Below the pieces are notes generated by a model. It searched no databases. It was given only the letters and a program-made list of their open reading frames with translations, and was not told the origin of the DNA. DNA of 64,000 nucleotides from Chiloscyllium plagiosum (Eukaryota). Below are positions 37,115 through 49,104 of the stretch, piece after piece. The stretch is taken from contig NC_057743.1 in assembly GCF_004010195.1 (NCBI RefSeq), positions 34,801,877 through 34,865,876 of the forward strand, given 5' to 3'. A program made the translations under genes and the position numbers. The first letter of the stretch is position 1, and each line of letters begins with the position of its first letter.

Positions 37115-37941
37115 TTATGATGTGGAGTACCATTGTTAGACTGGGGTAGACAAAGTTAAAAATCACACAACACCAGGTTATAGTCCAACAGGTTTATTTG
37201 GAAGCACTAGCTTTCAGAGCGCTGCTCCTTCATCAGATAGCTAGTGGGCCAGGATACATAGGACACAGAATTTATAAGTAAAAGATCAAAGTGTCATACA
37301 ACTAATGCACTGTATTAGACAAACCAAGGTGGCTGTTAAGTCTTTAATCACTTAGAGTGGGGATGCAGGTTCCAACTGATTAATATGTAAATCCCAGAAT
37401 TTCTTTCAAGTCACCGCCCAAGATAACTTAAGGTTTTATCAGTTCTTAAAAAAAGATGACATCTCAGCTCAGATAATGCATTAAAGGTGTGAGGTTAGAC
37501 TCCGATGTATCCCAACCTGGAGTCAGACTGGTTTTATTTCCAAAGTAAGAATTTATAAAATGTCACACTGACTGCTCAGACTCCAGGTGGGATACAGACA
37601 AAGTCAAACCTCACACCTTTAATGCATTATCTGAGCTGAGATATCACCTTCTTTAAGAACTGATAAACCTTAAATTATCTTGGGCAGTGACTTGAAAGAA
37701 ATTCTGGGATTACACATTAATCAATCAAAACCTGCATCCCCATTTTCAGTGATTAAAGACTTAACAGCAGTCTAGGTTTGTCTAATACAGTGCATCAGTT
37801 GTATGACACTTTGATCTTTTACTTATAAATTCTGTATCCTATGTATCCTGGCCCACTAGCTACGAAGGAGCAGTGCTCTGAAAGCTTGTACTTCCAAATA
37901 ATCCTACTGGATTATAAGGCAGTGTTGTGTGATTTTTAACT
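37115..37941. mobile_element. Penelope-like family B fold-back element with ~370-bp inverted arms
   Basis: Arms ~37154-37524 and ~37579-37941 are diverged reverse complements. Minus-strand hammerhead core CTGATGAaggagcagcgctctGAAAgctag at 37236-37207. Confidence 0.85.
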
Positions 37942-38091
37942 GGAGATTAGATTTGTGCACAGCTTTTTGTTTTAGCTAAGTCTTAACCAGTGAAATGAGG
38001 GAGTTGAAGTCAGATATTAAAACATGGTGAGCAGTTTGCTATTGTGCCGAAATCTGGCCTCAGGTCAGCAATGCAGTGCACTGCCCCTTAC

Positions 38092-38253
38092 CTCCATGAG
38101 TTGGGACTCCCATACTGTTGGCGAGTTGATACAGACGTTGCTGTTGCTCTTCATACGTCCCATGCTCATTCAACGCGGACATCATTCGCCTGTAGTGTTC
38201 TTCAGGTGTCATCTGCATAATCTGATCCTCAATCAAGGGAGTGTGACACTTTT
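38092..38253 (-). CDS. SAMD11: Internal coding exon of SAMD11 (sterile alpha motif domain-containing 11), phase 1-1, 162 nt
   Basis: Translation (E)KCHTPLIEDQIMQMTPEEHYRRMMSALNEHGTYEEQQQRLYQLANSMGVPTHG resembles the recalled human SAMD11 segment MAPEDHYRRLVSALSEASTFEDPQRLYHLGLPSHG. Minus-strand acceptor ttttgttttcctcttcatcaag| and donor CATGGAG|gtaagg; length is divisible by 3. Confidence 0.88.
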
Positions 38254-38339
38254 CTTGATGAAGAGGAAAACAAAAAGACAGAATATTTTGAGGATTTTTG
38301 CAAAAACATGCCTGAATTGGATAAATACAACATAGGACT

Positions 38340-39085
38340 TTTGTCTTGCATTGATCAAGCAGTGTCTTGGTTATTTTTGTTTTCAAATCCCTTCACATCC
38401 TTGCCCCTTTGTAATTTCCTCCAACCACACAAAATTCCTACATTGTCTGGACTCCTCGAATTCTGGTTTGTGTACATTCCTAATTATAGCTGCCTCATCA
38501 TTAGCATATACCATCCATTCCTTATGCCCCAAGCTCTAGCCTTCCCTCCCTTTACACCTTGTCCCCTTTCTATCTCGTTACCTCCTTTGAGAGACTGCCT
38601 TTGGCACAAAGGGCGGCACTGTGGCTCATTGGTTAGCACTGCTGCCTCACAGCACCAGGGTTTGATCCCAGCCTCGGGTGACTGTCTGTATGGAGTTTGC
38701 ACATTCTCCCCATGTCTGAGTTGGTTTCCTCCGGGTGCTCTGGTTTCCTCCCACAGCCCAAAGATGTGCAGGTTAGGGTGGATTGGCCAGGCTAAATTGC
38801 CCACAGTGTCCAGGGATGTGTAGGTTAGGTGCATTAGTCAGGGGTAAATATAGGGTAATGGGTTACTCTTTGGAGGGTTGGTGTGGACTTGTTGGGCCCA
38901 AGGGCCTGTTTCAATACTGTGGGGAATCTAAGAAAACCTAGTACTTTGACCAAGCCGCTGGTCATCTGACCTAATATTTCCTTACCCAACCCAATGTCAC
39001 ACTTTGTTTTGAAATGTTCCTGTGAAATACTTTTTGGGATGTCCCATTGTAGTAATGATGCCAAATAAATAAGGTTATTTGCTGT
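38340..39085 (+). mobile_element. L2-type LINE 3' fragment interrupted by an HE1 SINE
   Basis: ttttcaaatcccttcac...ctctagcc, resuming after the SINE as ctttgaccaagcc...ggtcatctgacctaatat...gctgtg. Confidence 0.6.
38611..38930 (+). mobile_element. HE1-type SINE, full length
   Basis: gggcggcactgtggctcattggttagcactgctgcctcacag...gggaatctaa. Confidence 0.9.
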
Positions 39086-41416
39086 GGGTGTTGGTGGCAA
39101 GGGGAGATGAGGAGAAATTCTTTCTGCAGTGTGTCATGATGTTTGAAATCCGAATGCGCGAGAAAGCTGGGGAAAGCAGATTTCAAGTTTCAGAAAGGAA
39201 CTGGACACGCACTTGGATTTGCCAGTTTCTGAGGAAAGAGCAGCAAATGAGGGAATGCATTTTACAGCTCCCCTGGAGAGCTGGCATTGACATGACCAGT
39301 CGAATGGCTACCTTTGCTGTTGTTAAATTTTTTGATTCTACAATTTTGAGCATTGAGACATCACCTCTTGGCGAACCTAAGCCTCGAATCATGATGGGAG
39401 CCAAAGAAACTATGACTTTTTTCACACTGTTCTGTCAGGGTTAGCTCAGGTTAATAGCTGATGCATCTATGACTATTTCCACATGGAGTTCCTGCACTTT
39501 ACATTCACACTCTTACTGTACAAGTGACCTGGGCAGTGTATTCCACAGCAGAGAAATGTGGGCCAGATCAGTGCAACAGTGATGACAACACTAAACTGGA
39601 GGTAGAAAATCCATGGGGTTGATCATCTCAGTTTAGCACAGGATTTCACAGACCTAGACAAAATGATTGTGTGTGAAGTTTTAATAAAACCATTAACGCA
39701 TTTAACCCTCCATCGAGAAATCAAGGATTTCTGTTGCTCACGTGGATTGTTAATGTCAATATTTATCGGCCATCCCTAGTTCCTCTTTTCAGGGAGAGAT
39801 AATGGTGCACATACCTTTCTTTCATCTACAGGAATGAGGGTATGGCTGGCAGGACCAGGATTTATTACCCACAGGCAATTAAGAGCCAAGCTCATTGCTG
39901 TGGGTCTGCAGTTACATGTAGTCCCTAAAGGACATTAGTGACCAGATGAGTTTTTCCCCGATAATTAATTCACAGTCATTATTAGACTCTTAAATCCAGA
40001 GTTTGTTTATTCAATTCAGATTCCATTATCTGCTATTGAAGGATTTGAACCCAAGTCCATAGAACATTCTCAGGGTGTTTGGATTAGGAGTCCAGTCATA
40101 ATACCACGAGGCCATCATATCGCCTTGAATCGCTACATAATCCCACACCCTGGGCTCCTTCATGTCTCACTTGGTTAAACACTGCAGGGTCAGTTATTTT
40201 CTAAATCCCTCTGGATTTCAGCCTTATCTCCATGTTTAGGAGGATCCAAGTGGTCTGGATGAATGTTGATCGCATTGTTCCCGATTGTCAGAATGAATTG
40301 AGAGTCAGTCTAATACTGCACCCACTAACGCAACCAGCAAATCTGAGCAGCACTGCGGACACTCTCACTGTCCCTCACAAAGCCTGCAACACGCTTGGGT
40401 CCAGTCGAGCCAATCATTACCCAGCCAGCTCCATCCTCATCATCTGACCTCCTGCTCTTAAGGTGGTGACGTTGCTGGGATAGAGAATCACGGAGGGTGT
40501 CAGCATGAAACAACTGCGCGAGAGCACGCTGGTAGCTATTCAGTCAAGAAGGCACCAGAGACTGCCCAATCCAATTTGCACTCAGCTGTGGGAGGAAGAT
40601 GGGGGAATGGGAGCAAGGGGCTAAGGTGGAAGCATCTCTTATGAACAAAAGCAGCAGGACCCTGACTGATAGCTTCCTCCTTCCTAGCTCAGGTATTGCC
40701 AGCATCAATTGGTGATGTTGGCTGAGATCAGCTAACTTGAGGATGCACAGAAATCAAATCGCAGCACTGACTTTATTCTGTGAATGAGGAGAGTCCAATG
40801 GAGGACAGAGGTTTAATGCCTCACTGAAGAAAAACAACTCTGTCAGCTCAACAGAATTTTCTTTGTCCCAGGCCAGTGGTGACGTCAGTTTTTAAGACTT
40901 TAACTCCTTCTGCATTGGCAATCAACATTTGACTTTTAATTAGCAGCGTGACAAGATCTGAAACCTTGCCTCTCAGTGGAGCAACACTGCCTCCGTGCTC
41001 TAAGGTAGACAACAGACATTTTATGGGAAACGTAGACTTGAAACCTGTGCAGCTGAATGTCGCAGTCAGAATAATTAAATAAAAGAGATCTAGGACCTTG
41101 TGTTATTCACAGGAACACTCGTTATCTATACTCCAATTATTCAGCGGCCCAATTAGCTGTTATAAGTTTGCACAAGGCAGCATCTCTTTACAGTGTCCAT
41201 TTCATCGAGTGACAAACCCAAAATCCATCCTTCTTAATATCAGAACAAGCTTCGATCTTTCGTGGTGTATGTCTAAGGGCTTAAAGTGGTTTCTTGTGAT
41301 TTGGGATCTCTGGTTAGGAATGCAGCAATACTCTCAAGCAATTAGTCACCTCCTTGTAAATCCGAACTGATCTCAACTCATGAAGGAACTTTTATACTCT
41401 TCACCTTCCATTCCAC

Positions 41417-41972
41417 AGAGATAGCTGAATTGGAGACAGCTGGATCAGAGATAGTGAGATTGGAGGTGGTGGGATTGGAGATAGCTGGATCGGAGGCAGT
41501 GGGATTGGAGGTAGTGGGATTGGAGGTAATGGGATTGGAGGTAACGGGATCAGAGGTAACGGGATTGAAGGTAATGGGATTGAAGGTAATGGGATCAGAG
41601 ATAGCAGGATTGGAGGTAGTGGGATTTGATGAAGTAGGATTTGAGATAGCTGGATCGGAGGTAACGGGATTGAAGGTAGCGGGATCGGAGGTAGTGGGAT
41701 TGGAGGTAGTAGGATTGGAGATAGCTGGATCAGAGATAGCAGGATTGGAGGTAGTGGGATTTGATGAAGTAGGATTTGAGATAGCTGGATCGGAGGTAAC
41801 GGGATTGAAGGTAGCGGGATCGGAGGTAGTGGGATTGGAGGCAGCGGGATTGGAGGCAGCGGGATTGGAGGCAGCGGGATTGAAGGCAGCGGGATTGGAG
41901 ATGGCTGGATCAGAGATAGCTGGATTGGAGGTAGTGGGATTGGAGGAAGCAGGATTTGAGGCAGTGGATCAG
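41417..41972. repeat. 15-bp minisatellite (consensus ~GGATTGGAGGTAGCG), ~37 units with a 135-bp higher-order duplication
   Basis: GGAT recurs every 15 bp; the block starting at 41592 is repeated at 41727. Confidence 0.95.
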
Positions 41973-42344
41973 GTCTGCAGTGCACTGGAAACTGTGCCTT
42001 GGGTTGTATCTGAAGGAGGAATTGATTGATGGTTCAATGCCAAATGAATCTTTAGATTTGTCAGTTTTTTCACTAGTTCAGCATTTCCTTTTGAATCATC
42101 AATGAAACAGTGAGGGCAGGTTGAATCACATTCAGGTTCTGGATCAGGGATTTGGAAGGCTATCAATGGGGTGCAGGCTAAAACTAAACTAGAAGTAAAT
42201 CAAACTAGATCCCTGGATGTACAGCCAATGGATTAAATTATAAATCATAAGGGAGCAGTAGTAAATCTCTAAAGGCACCAATGGAGCCAAATGTGGAGTT
42301 TTCCACACAGTTCTAGACAGTATACTACATTAAACAACAAGCCA

Positions 42345-42467
42345 AAAGAACTGCAGATGCTGACAATCACTTCTTCAAAGGGTCACTGGACCCAAATGCT
42401 ATCTCTGCTTTCTCTCAACAAATACTGCCAAACCTGCTGAGGTTCTCCAGGGATTTCTGTTTTTGTA
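42345..42467. mobile_element. Penelope-like family C short fold-back fragment
   Basis: aaagaactgcagatgctg...aagggtcactggaccc...ctgccaaacctgctgag. Confidence 0.6.
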
Positions 42468-42517
42468 GCATACTACAGTATCCAGGAATGGGGGCAGTGC
42501 AGAAAGAGAAAAAAGAT

Positions 42518-42956
42518 CATTGAATAGAATCCCTACAGTATGGAAGCAAGCCATTCAGCCCATCAGGTCCACACAGACCCTCCAAGAGCATCCCACGCCT
42601 TTCCCTATAGCCCTGGATTTCCAAAGGCCAATCCTCCTAACCTGCAACACCTTTGAATTATGGGAGGAAACTAAAGCACACAGAGAAAACACATGCAGAC
42701 ACAGGAAGAATGTGCAAACTCCACACAGACAATCACCCGAGGATGAAATCAAATTGTGGATTAGTGGTGCTGGAAAAGCACAGCAGTTCAGGCAGCTTCC
42801 GAGATGCTGCCTGAACTGCTGTGCTTCTCCAGCACCACTAATCCAGAATCTGGTTTCTAGCATCTGCAGTCGTCATTTTTACCACAAGGCTGGAATCAAA
42901 CCTGGGTCCCTGGTGCTGTGAGGCAGCAGTGCTAACCACTGAGACACTGTGCTGCC
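42518..42956 (-). mobile_element. HE1-type SINE carrying a PLE fold-back insertion (42754-42886)
   Basis: The HE1 body is split by tggattagtggtgctggaaaagcacagcagttcaggcagc / gctgcctgaactgctgtgcttctccagcaccactaatcca. Imperfect TSD aggatgaaatcaaa / aggctggaatcaaa. Confidence 0.85.
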
Positions 42957-43484
42957 CAGACATTGGTACCCAGTTTAAGGTACTGCATTATGAGGAGAGG
43001 TTGAACAGTTTGGGATTTCATAACCCAGAGAAGAGAATTGTGGTGAGCAAAGTTCATTTACATATTTTAATTAGAATAGATAAATTGAACATTTATAGTA
43101 TCTTCAAAATTGTCATAAATTCTGGAAAGAGACAAGAGATTCAAGGGACTTTGCAAACAGACTGTTCAGATGAAGGGGAAAACAGTGATTCAACGAGAAT
43201 TCGCTGGAGAAGTAAGCTGAAGGCCCAGGATAATTCTCTGGACATATGGCTTCAATTCTCATCCTGGGAGCTGAGGGAGTTCTAAGTTCAATGAATAAAC
43301 CTGGAGCGTAAATCAAATCACAGTTATGGTCCAACCATCGAGAGTTGTAAAACCCATCTGGTTCAATAAGGTTCTTTCACCAAGAAAACTGGTCTGATCT
43401 ACACGTGATTCCAGACCAAGAGCAGTAGGGTTGATTTTCAAATGCCCTCAGAATGGCCTAGCTTCAAAATCCCAAACTGTTTGC

Positions 43485-43770
43485 AGAACATAGAATATAG
43501 GACAGTACAGACTCTTCGGTCTTCGATGTTGTGCTGATCTTTTATCCTACTGTAAGATCAGATTAACCTACATACCTTTTGTTGTACTATCTTCCTTGTG
43601 CCTATCTAATAGTTGCTTAAATGTTCCTAATGTATCTGACTCCACTACCACTGCTGACAGTGCATTCCACGCACCTACCACGCTCTGTGTAAAGAACTGA
43701 CCTCTGACATCTCTCCTAAACCTTCCTTCAATCACCTTAAAATTATGGCCCCTCATGACAGACATAGCAC
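43485..43770 (-). mobile_element. CR1 LINE 3' end
   Basis: ORF 43568-43765 RGHNFKVIEGRFRRDVRGQFFTQSVVGAWNAL. Confidence 0.88.
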
Positions 43771-44157
43771 AGATACATTAAACTGGCTACCAATATTTTT
43801 ATCTCCTTCTGCACTGCCTCCTGTTCCTGGATAACCCCTAGTGTACTGCGGCTTGAGACACTTAGTTCAAAAGCGATTAGGGATTGGTGATGATTACGTC
43901 CCAAGAAAGAATGAAGAAAGTAAACTAGACAGATCATGTGGTTTGAAAAGTCTGGATTTACAAATACCACACCCTCCTGCTAAGGTGGTCTTCTGAGAGC
44001 CAACACAAAGCAACAATAAGTGTCAAGGGGAAATTTCTCTGCTGGACAGAAAACATGAAAACTCCAAAATTACAACTGAGTCAATATACAAGGGAGTGAT
44101 CACACTCATCCCCTGACCACACGTAGATTTTAATAAGCACAGTGGAAAGCTTGTGTC

Positions 44158-44613
44158 ATATAATCTCTACAGTGTAGAAGCAGGCCACTCAGCCCATTGA
44201 ATGCAAACTGACCCTCCAAAGAACATTTCACCTCCTACCCTATCTTATGGGCAATTTAGCATGACCAATCTACCTAACCTGCACTTTAGATTAGATTAGA
44301 TTAGATTCCCTACAGTGTGAAAACAGGCCCTTCAGCCCAACCAATCCACACTGACCCTCTAAAGAGTGACCCACCCAGACCCATTCTTCTACATTTACCC
44401 CTTCACCTAACACTACGGGCAATTTAGCATGGCCAATTCACCTAACCTGCACATTTTTGGACTATGAGAGGAAACCGGAGCCCCCGGAGGAAACCCATGC
44501 AGACACGGGGAGAATGTGCAAACTCCACCCAGACAGTCACCCGAGGCTGGAATCGAACCTGGGATCCTGGTGCTGTGAGGTAGCAGTGCTAACCACTGAG
44601 CCATCACGCTACC
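44158..44613 (-). mobile_element. HE1-type SINEs: a 3' fragment plus a full copy with (TCTAA)n tail
   Basis: (TTAGA)n at 44286-44306, followed by the HE1 body and head. Confidence 0.88.
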
Positions 44614-44775
44614 CTCAGCATGATCTCATCACAGCTTACAGTGATACAGGTTACTGTCCAATTCTGGTCAAAGTTACATGATCAGCAATGGGTCACATTT
44701 CAGATTACAGGGTATAATGGACCACTTATCGAAGTGTTTCTTGATCAGTGCTCAAGGAGAACATCTGGTAATGAT

Positions 44776-45132
44776 TTGATTTAGATTAGATTAGATTACA
44801 GATTAGATTAGATTAGATTAGATTAGATTAGATTACAGTGTGGAAACAGGCCCTTTGGCCCAACAAGTCCACACCGACCCGCCGAAGCGAAACCCACCCA
44901 TACCCCTACATTTACCCCTTACCTAACACTATGGGCAATTCAGTATGGCCAATTCACCTGACCCTGCACATCTTTGTGACTGTGGGAGGAAACCGGAGCA
45001 CCCGGAGGAAACCCACGCAGACACGGGGAGAACGTGCAAACTCCACATAGTCAGTCGCCTGAGGCGGGAATTGAACCCGGGTCTCTGGCGCTGTGAGGCA
45101 GCAGTGCTAACCACTGTGCCACCGTGCCGCCC
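44776..45132 (-). mobile_element. Young HE1-type SINE with a long (TCTAA)n tail
   Basis: Intact CpG-rich head gggcggcacggtggcacagtggttagc; (TTAGA)n at 44776-44835. Confidence 0.93.
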
Positions 45133-45714
45133 ACAATGCTCAGGAATAATTAGACAGCTTCATTCTTGAACAATATCTCAACTTCTCAGTGAATGTACAT
45201 GTACATGTACATGGATCTACATTTGTATCATGAGTCTATCTCCTATGTACAGGGCATTGCTGGAGTAGATATGCAAGACCATCATTTAGGCATTCTCAAT
45301 TATCTGCCACTTTCCACAGGGGAGGGAGCTCTCTTCCATTTGAGAGGATAATAGAGGCTCCATTAGTACAGGATCTTTCAACATAATCAGTTCTGCAAGC
45401 TCATTCTCCCCTCCTCTGAGCGTTTCGAAAGCTTTGTTATTAAGCTAAATTAAGTCAAAAGATTTTCATGAGTTAAAATGCTGAAACTAGCACAAGAGCG
45501 GAATAATCTGACTACAGCGGAATAATCTGAACATGGGCTGATACTGTATCGATATACAGGACAGCCATTGGAAGACTCAAACCCATTCATTCACATGCTC
45601 ATCAAAATTATCACAAACTCTCTGACTGTACCCAAACAAATTGCAGCATTGGTCAGGGATGGAGTTAGCGTAGAGTCCACTCATTACAGGATCAAGCTCT
45701 TTTGCCTCTGCTAG

Positions 45715-46870
45715 GTCACAGAGTCATACAGCATAGAAACTGACCCTTCAGTCCAACCGACTGTGTCGACCAGACATCCCAATCGGACTTAATCCCATTT
45801 GCCGGCACTTATCGCTCTAAACCGTTCCTATTCATATACCCATCCAGATGCCTTTTAAATGCTGTAATTGTACCAGCCTCCACCACTTCCTCTGGCAGCT
45901 CATTCCATACACGCACCACCCTCTGCATGAAAAAGTCACCTATCGGGTCCTTTTCAAATCTTTCCCCTCTCACCTCACACCTGTGCCCTGTCATTTTGGA
46001 CTCATCCACCTTCGAAAAAACCTTGCCTATCCACCCAATCCATGCCCTTCATAATTTTATAAACCTCTATAATGTCACCCCATAACCTCCGATGCTCCAG
46101 GGTAAAAAAAACCAACCTATTCAGTCTCTTCCTATAACTCAAACTCTCCAGTCCCAGCAACATTCTTGTGAATCCAATAGAAGGGTGATCAGAGTTGTAC
46201 GTAGTATTCCAAAAGTGGCCTCATCAATGTCCTGTACAGCTGCAATATGACATCCCAACTTCTATAATCAATGTTCTAGCCAATGAAAGGAAGTGTGCCA
46301 AAAGCCTTCTTCACCACCTTGTCTACCGGTGACTCCACTTCCAAGGAACTATGCATCTGCACTCCTGGGTCTCTTTGTTCACCAACACTGACCAAGGGCC
46401 CTACTATTAACTGAATAGGTCCTGCTCTGATTTGCCAAACTAAAATGCAACACCTCACGTTTACCTAAATTAAACTCCATCTGCCAGTCCTCAGCCCATT
46501 GGCCCACCTGATCAACATCCCACCGTACTCTGAGATAATCTTCTTCACAGCCCTCTACCATTACAACCCTATTATTCTTATAGATGTCCAAGGTCTCCTT
46601 ACATACTTGCTTTGCAATTTTCTGCTGACTATTGGGTGGCCTATAATACAATCCCAACAAGGTGATCATCTATTTCTTATTTCACAGTTCCACCCATATA
46701 ACTTCACTGGACAATGTCCCAGGAATATCCTCCAAATTACAGTCATAATGTTGTCCCTAACCAAATACCCTACTTCTCTTCCTTGCTAACCTCATTTTCT
46801 ATCCTTCCTGTAGCATTTATACCCTAGAACATTAAGCTGCTAGTCCTGTTCATCCCTGAGCCACCCATAC
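45715..46870 (-). mobile_element. Internally deleted CR1 LINE (endonuclease segment joined to the post-RT C-terminus)
   Basis: ORF 46379-46669 ITLLGLYYRPPNSQ...NRVVMV (AP endonuclease) is fused to EEDYLRVRWDVDQVGQWAEDWQMEFN (post-RT). Confidence 0.85.
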
Positions 46871-47365
46871 AGTCCTAGGGTCCTACAGCAGAGAAAGGCC
46901 CTTTGGCGCAAACTGGATCATTGCGACCAAAATGTCCATCCACGCTAACCCCATTTCCCTGCACTTGGCCCATATCCTTCTAATCCTTTCCTATCCATGT
47001 ATTTGTCCAAATGCCTTTTAAATGTTGTTAATGTACCCACCTCAACCAGTTCCGCTGGCAGCTCATTCCATATGCATACCAACCCCTGCGTAAAAAAGTT
47101 GCCCCTCAGATTCCCTTTTATTCTTTCCCTACTAACCTTAAACTGATGCCCTCTAGTCCTCAATTCCCCAACCCTGGGAAAAAGACTAAGTGCATTCACC
47201 CATGCCTCTCATGATCTTACAGACTTCTATAAAATCCCCCTCAGTCTCCTACGGTCTAAAGAAAAATGCCCTAGCTTGTCCAACCCCTCCCTATAACTCA
47301 GACCATTGAGTCCTGGCAACATCCTTGTAAATTTCTTCTGCACTCTTTGCAGTTTAATAACAGCC
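46870..47365 (-). mobile_element. CR1 LINE 3' fragment
   Basis: ORF 46945-47199 LFPRVGELRTRGHQFKV...FFTQGLVCIWNELP. Confidence 0.9.
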
Positions 47366-47436
47366 TTGCCTCACTTACATAACTAGTTTTTTTTGTTGGT
47401 TTGATTATTTTAACAACAAAAAGATGAACTCATTAG

Positions 47437-47722
47437 TTCATAGAATCATCGAATCCCTATGGTGTGGAGCAAGGCCATTCGGCCCATCAAGTTCACACAG
47501 ACTGTCTAAAGAGCATCCTAGCCAGACCCACTCTTCCATCCTATCCCTGTAGCCTGCTAATCCAGTTAGCCTGCACATCCCTGGACACGATGGGCATGGC
47601 CAATCCACCTAACCTGCACATCTTTGGACTGTGGGAGGAAACTGGAGACCCGGAGGAAACCCACACAGATACTGGAAAATGTGCAAACTTCACACAGACA
47701 GTCACCCGAGGCTGGAATCAAA
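47437..47722 (-). mobile_element. HE1-type SINE
   Basis: HE1 body on the minus strand; head truncated. Confidence 0.85.
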
Positions 47723-49104
47723 CTGGCATACACTTGAGGACTTAACCAGAGGTGCAATTTGGCAAGGACAGAAATCATACTTCTGTGTTCAGACCATGTT
47801 GGTTGAGAAAACTAGGAGAGATTATCCTGATGGGACATAGGTGAGAAAGCAGGCACAACACGCTAAAGACAATTCCATTCATGTTCCCATCAAATGAAGC
47901 TCTGCACCACATGGTCTCCCAGTAAGATGCCTTCAATGTACATTGGTCCTACCAAACCCTGAATGCCTGCTGTTTGATTTCCAGCTTTCTCATCTCTACT
48001 GAGATCTTGAGTTAAAACAGTCGATGTCACAAACTGATGGCATCCCACAACATTTTGTACCACTGGCATCCCATACCTATTACAATGTTTAAAGATATTT
48101 GGATCAGTACACGAATAGGAAAGGTTTGGAGGGATATGGGCCAAGCGCAGGCAGGTGGGACTAGTTTACTTTGGGATTACATTCGGCATGGACTGGTTGG
48201 ACTGAAGAGTCTGTTTCAGTGCTTTATGGCTGTATGAGCTGGGCAGTATTCCCCTCTGAAACTCATGCGAAAACGTTGCTGGAGAGAAACAGCACTGTTG
48301 CAAAATTTAAATAATATTGGCAAACATTCAAAGGTTGGAAATCTTCGGCAAATATTAGAGGAGGCCCTATTCAGAGAATAGAATCCCGACGGTGCAGAAA
48401 GAGGCCATTCGACCCATCAAGTCTGCACTGACCCTCCAAAGTGCATTCCACCCAGTTTGAAGTCAGGACGTACATTTTCTTAAGAGAAACAGACAATGGC
48501 GGGTTTTTACATTCGCTATACCATTTCCAGGAAGGCAGCCAGCCCTTGACAATATTTGCAGCTTTCAAGTGGACACACAATGGCTGCAGTCTCAAAATAA
48601 CGAGCATATTCCACAAGCAGGGTTTGAGATTTTGAAGTACTCAGCCCAGTGATGGTGCCAGCTCATGCTGTTTCCGTGCCTGCTCTTGTCATTCCGGTGA
48701 AATACTGTCCCTGATCCTCTCAAATCTAAGTCACCCAGGTGTGAAAGCCCTCACAATCTAGCCTGCTCAGATCAGATACCAGTATCTGTCCCATCTTCCC
48801 CCTCTCTCATTAATTGCAGGCTCTGCCATTTTCCACTTTAATCCATGCTTGAAGACAGCACTTTCAAAATATTACCCATCAAAGGGAAGCTTAGATGAGC
48901 AGCTCCTAACTGTTGCTTACAGACATAATTCCATAGCACAGCAGTTCCATGGCAACTTCATACTATTTCTGATTGTGAGAAAGATTAACTTGGAACTAAA
49001 ATGATCTAAACGTTTGCACACTTGCAGTTAAAATATGTTCCAGTAATGAACAATCGCAGATTCTGAAATTTTAATGATTGAAACCAGCGTAGAGATGTTA
49101 ACAA

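Noticed and set aside
39365-39430. Upstream SAMD11 exon ending ...GSPR|gtgatg
   Set aside because: The phase fits, but the peptide lacks similarity to the expected LGKR...RARS exon and the splice sites are weak.
40411-40464. 54-nt minus-strand exon candidate
   Set aside because: In-frame TAA in phase 1 and no recognisable homology.
41417-41972. CRISPR-like array
   Set aside because: Contiguous tandem units without unique spacers, no cas genes, and a vertebrate context.
41405-41974. Pro-rich minisatellite as a SAMD11 exon
   Set aside because: It is phase 2-2 with a weak donor; in the required phase 1 it hits a stop codon.
44776-44835. (TTAGA)n as an interstitial telomere
   Set aside because: It is not TTAGGG; it is the simple-repeat tail of the HE1 SINE.
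45060-45132. tRNA genes (also at 13250-13321, 33583-33655 and 38611-38680)
   Set aside because: These are tRNA-derived SINE heads continuous with HE1 bodies.
45497-45530. 15-bp direct repeat agcggaataatctga and a nearby (TGTACA)n at ~45194
   Set aside because: Likely local slippage duplications, with no further support for function.
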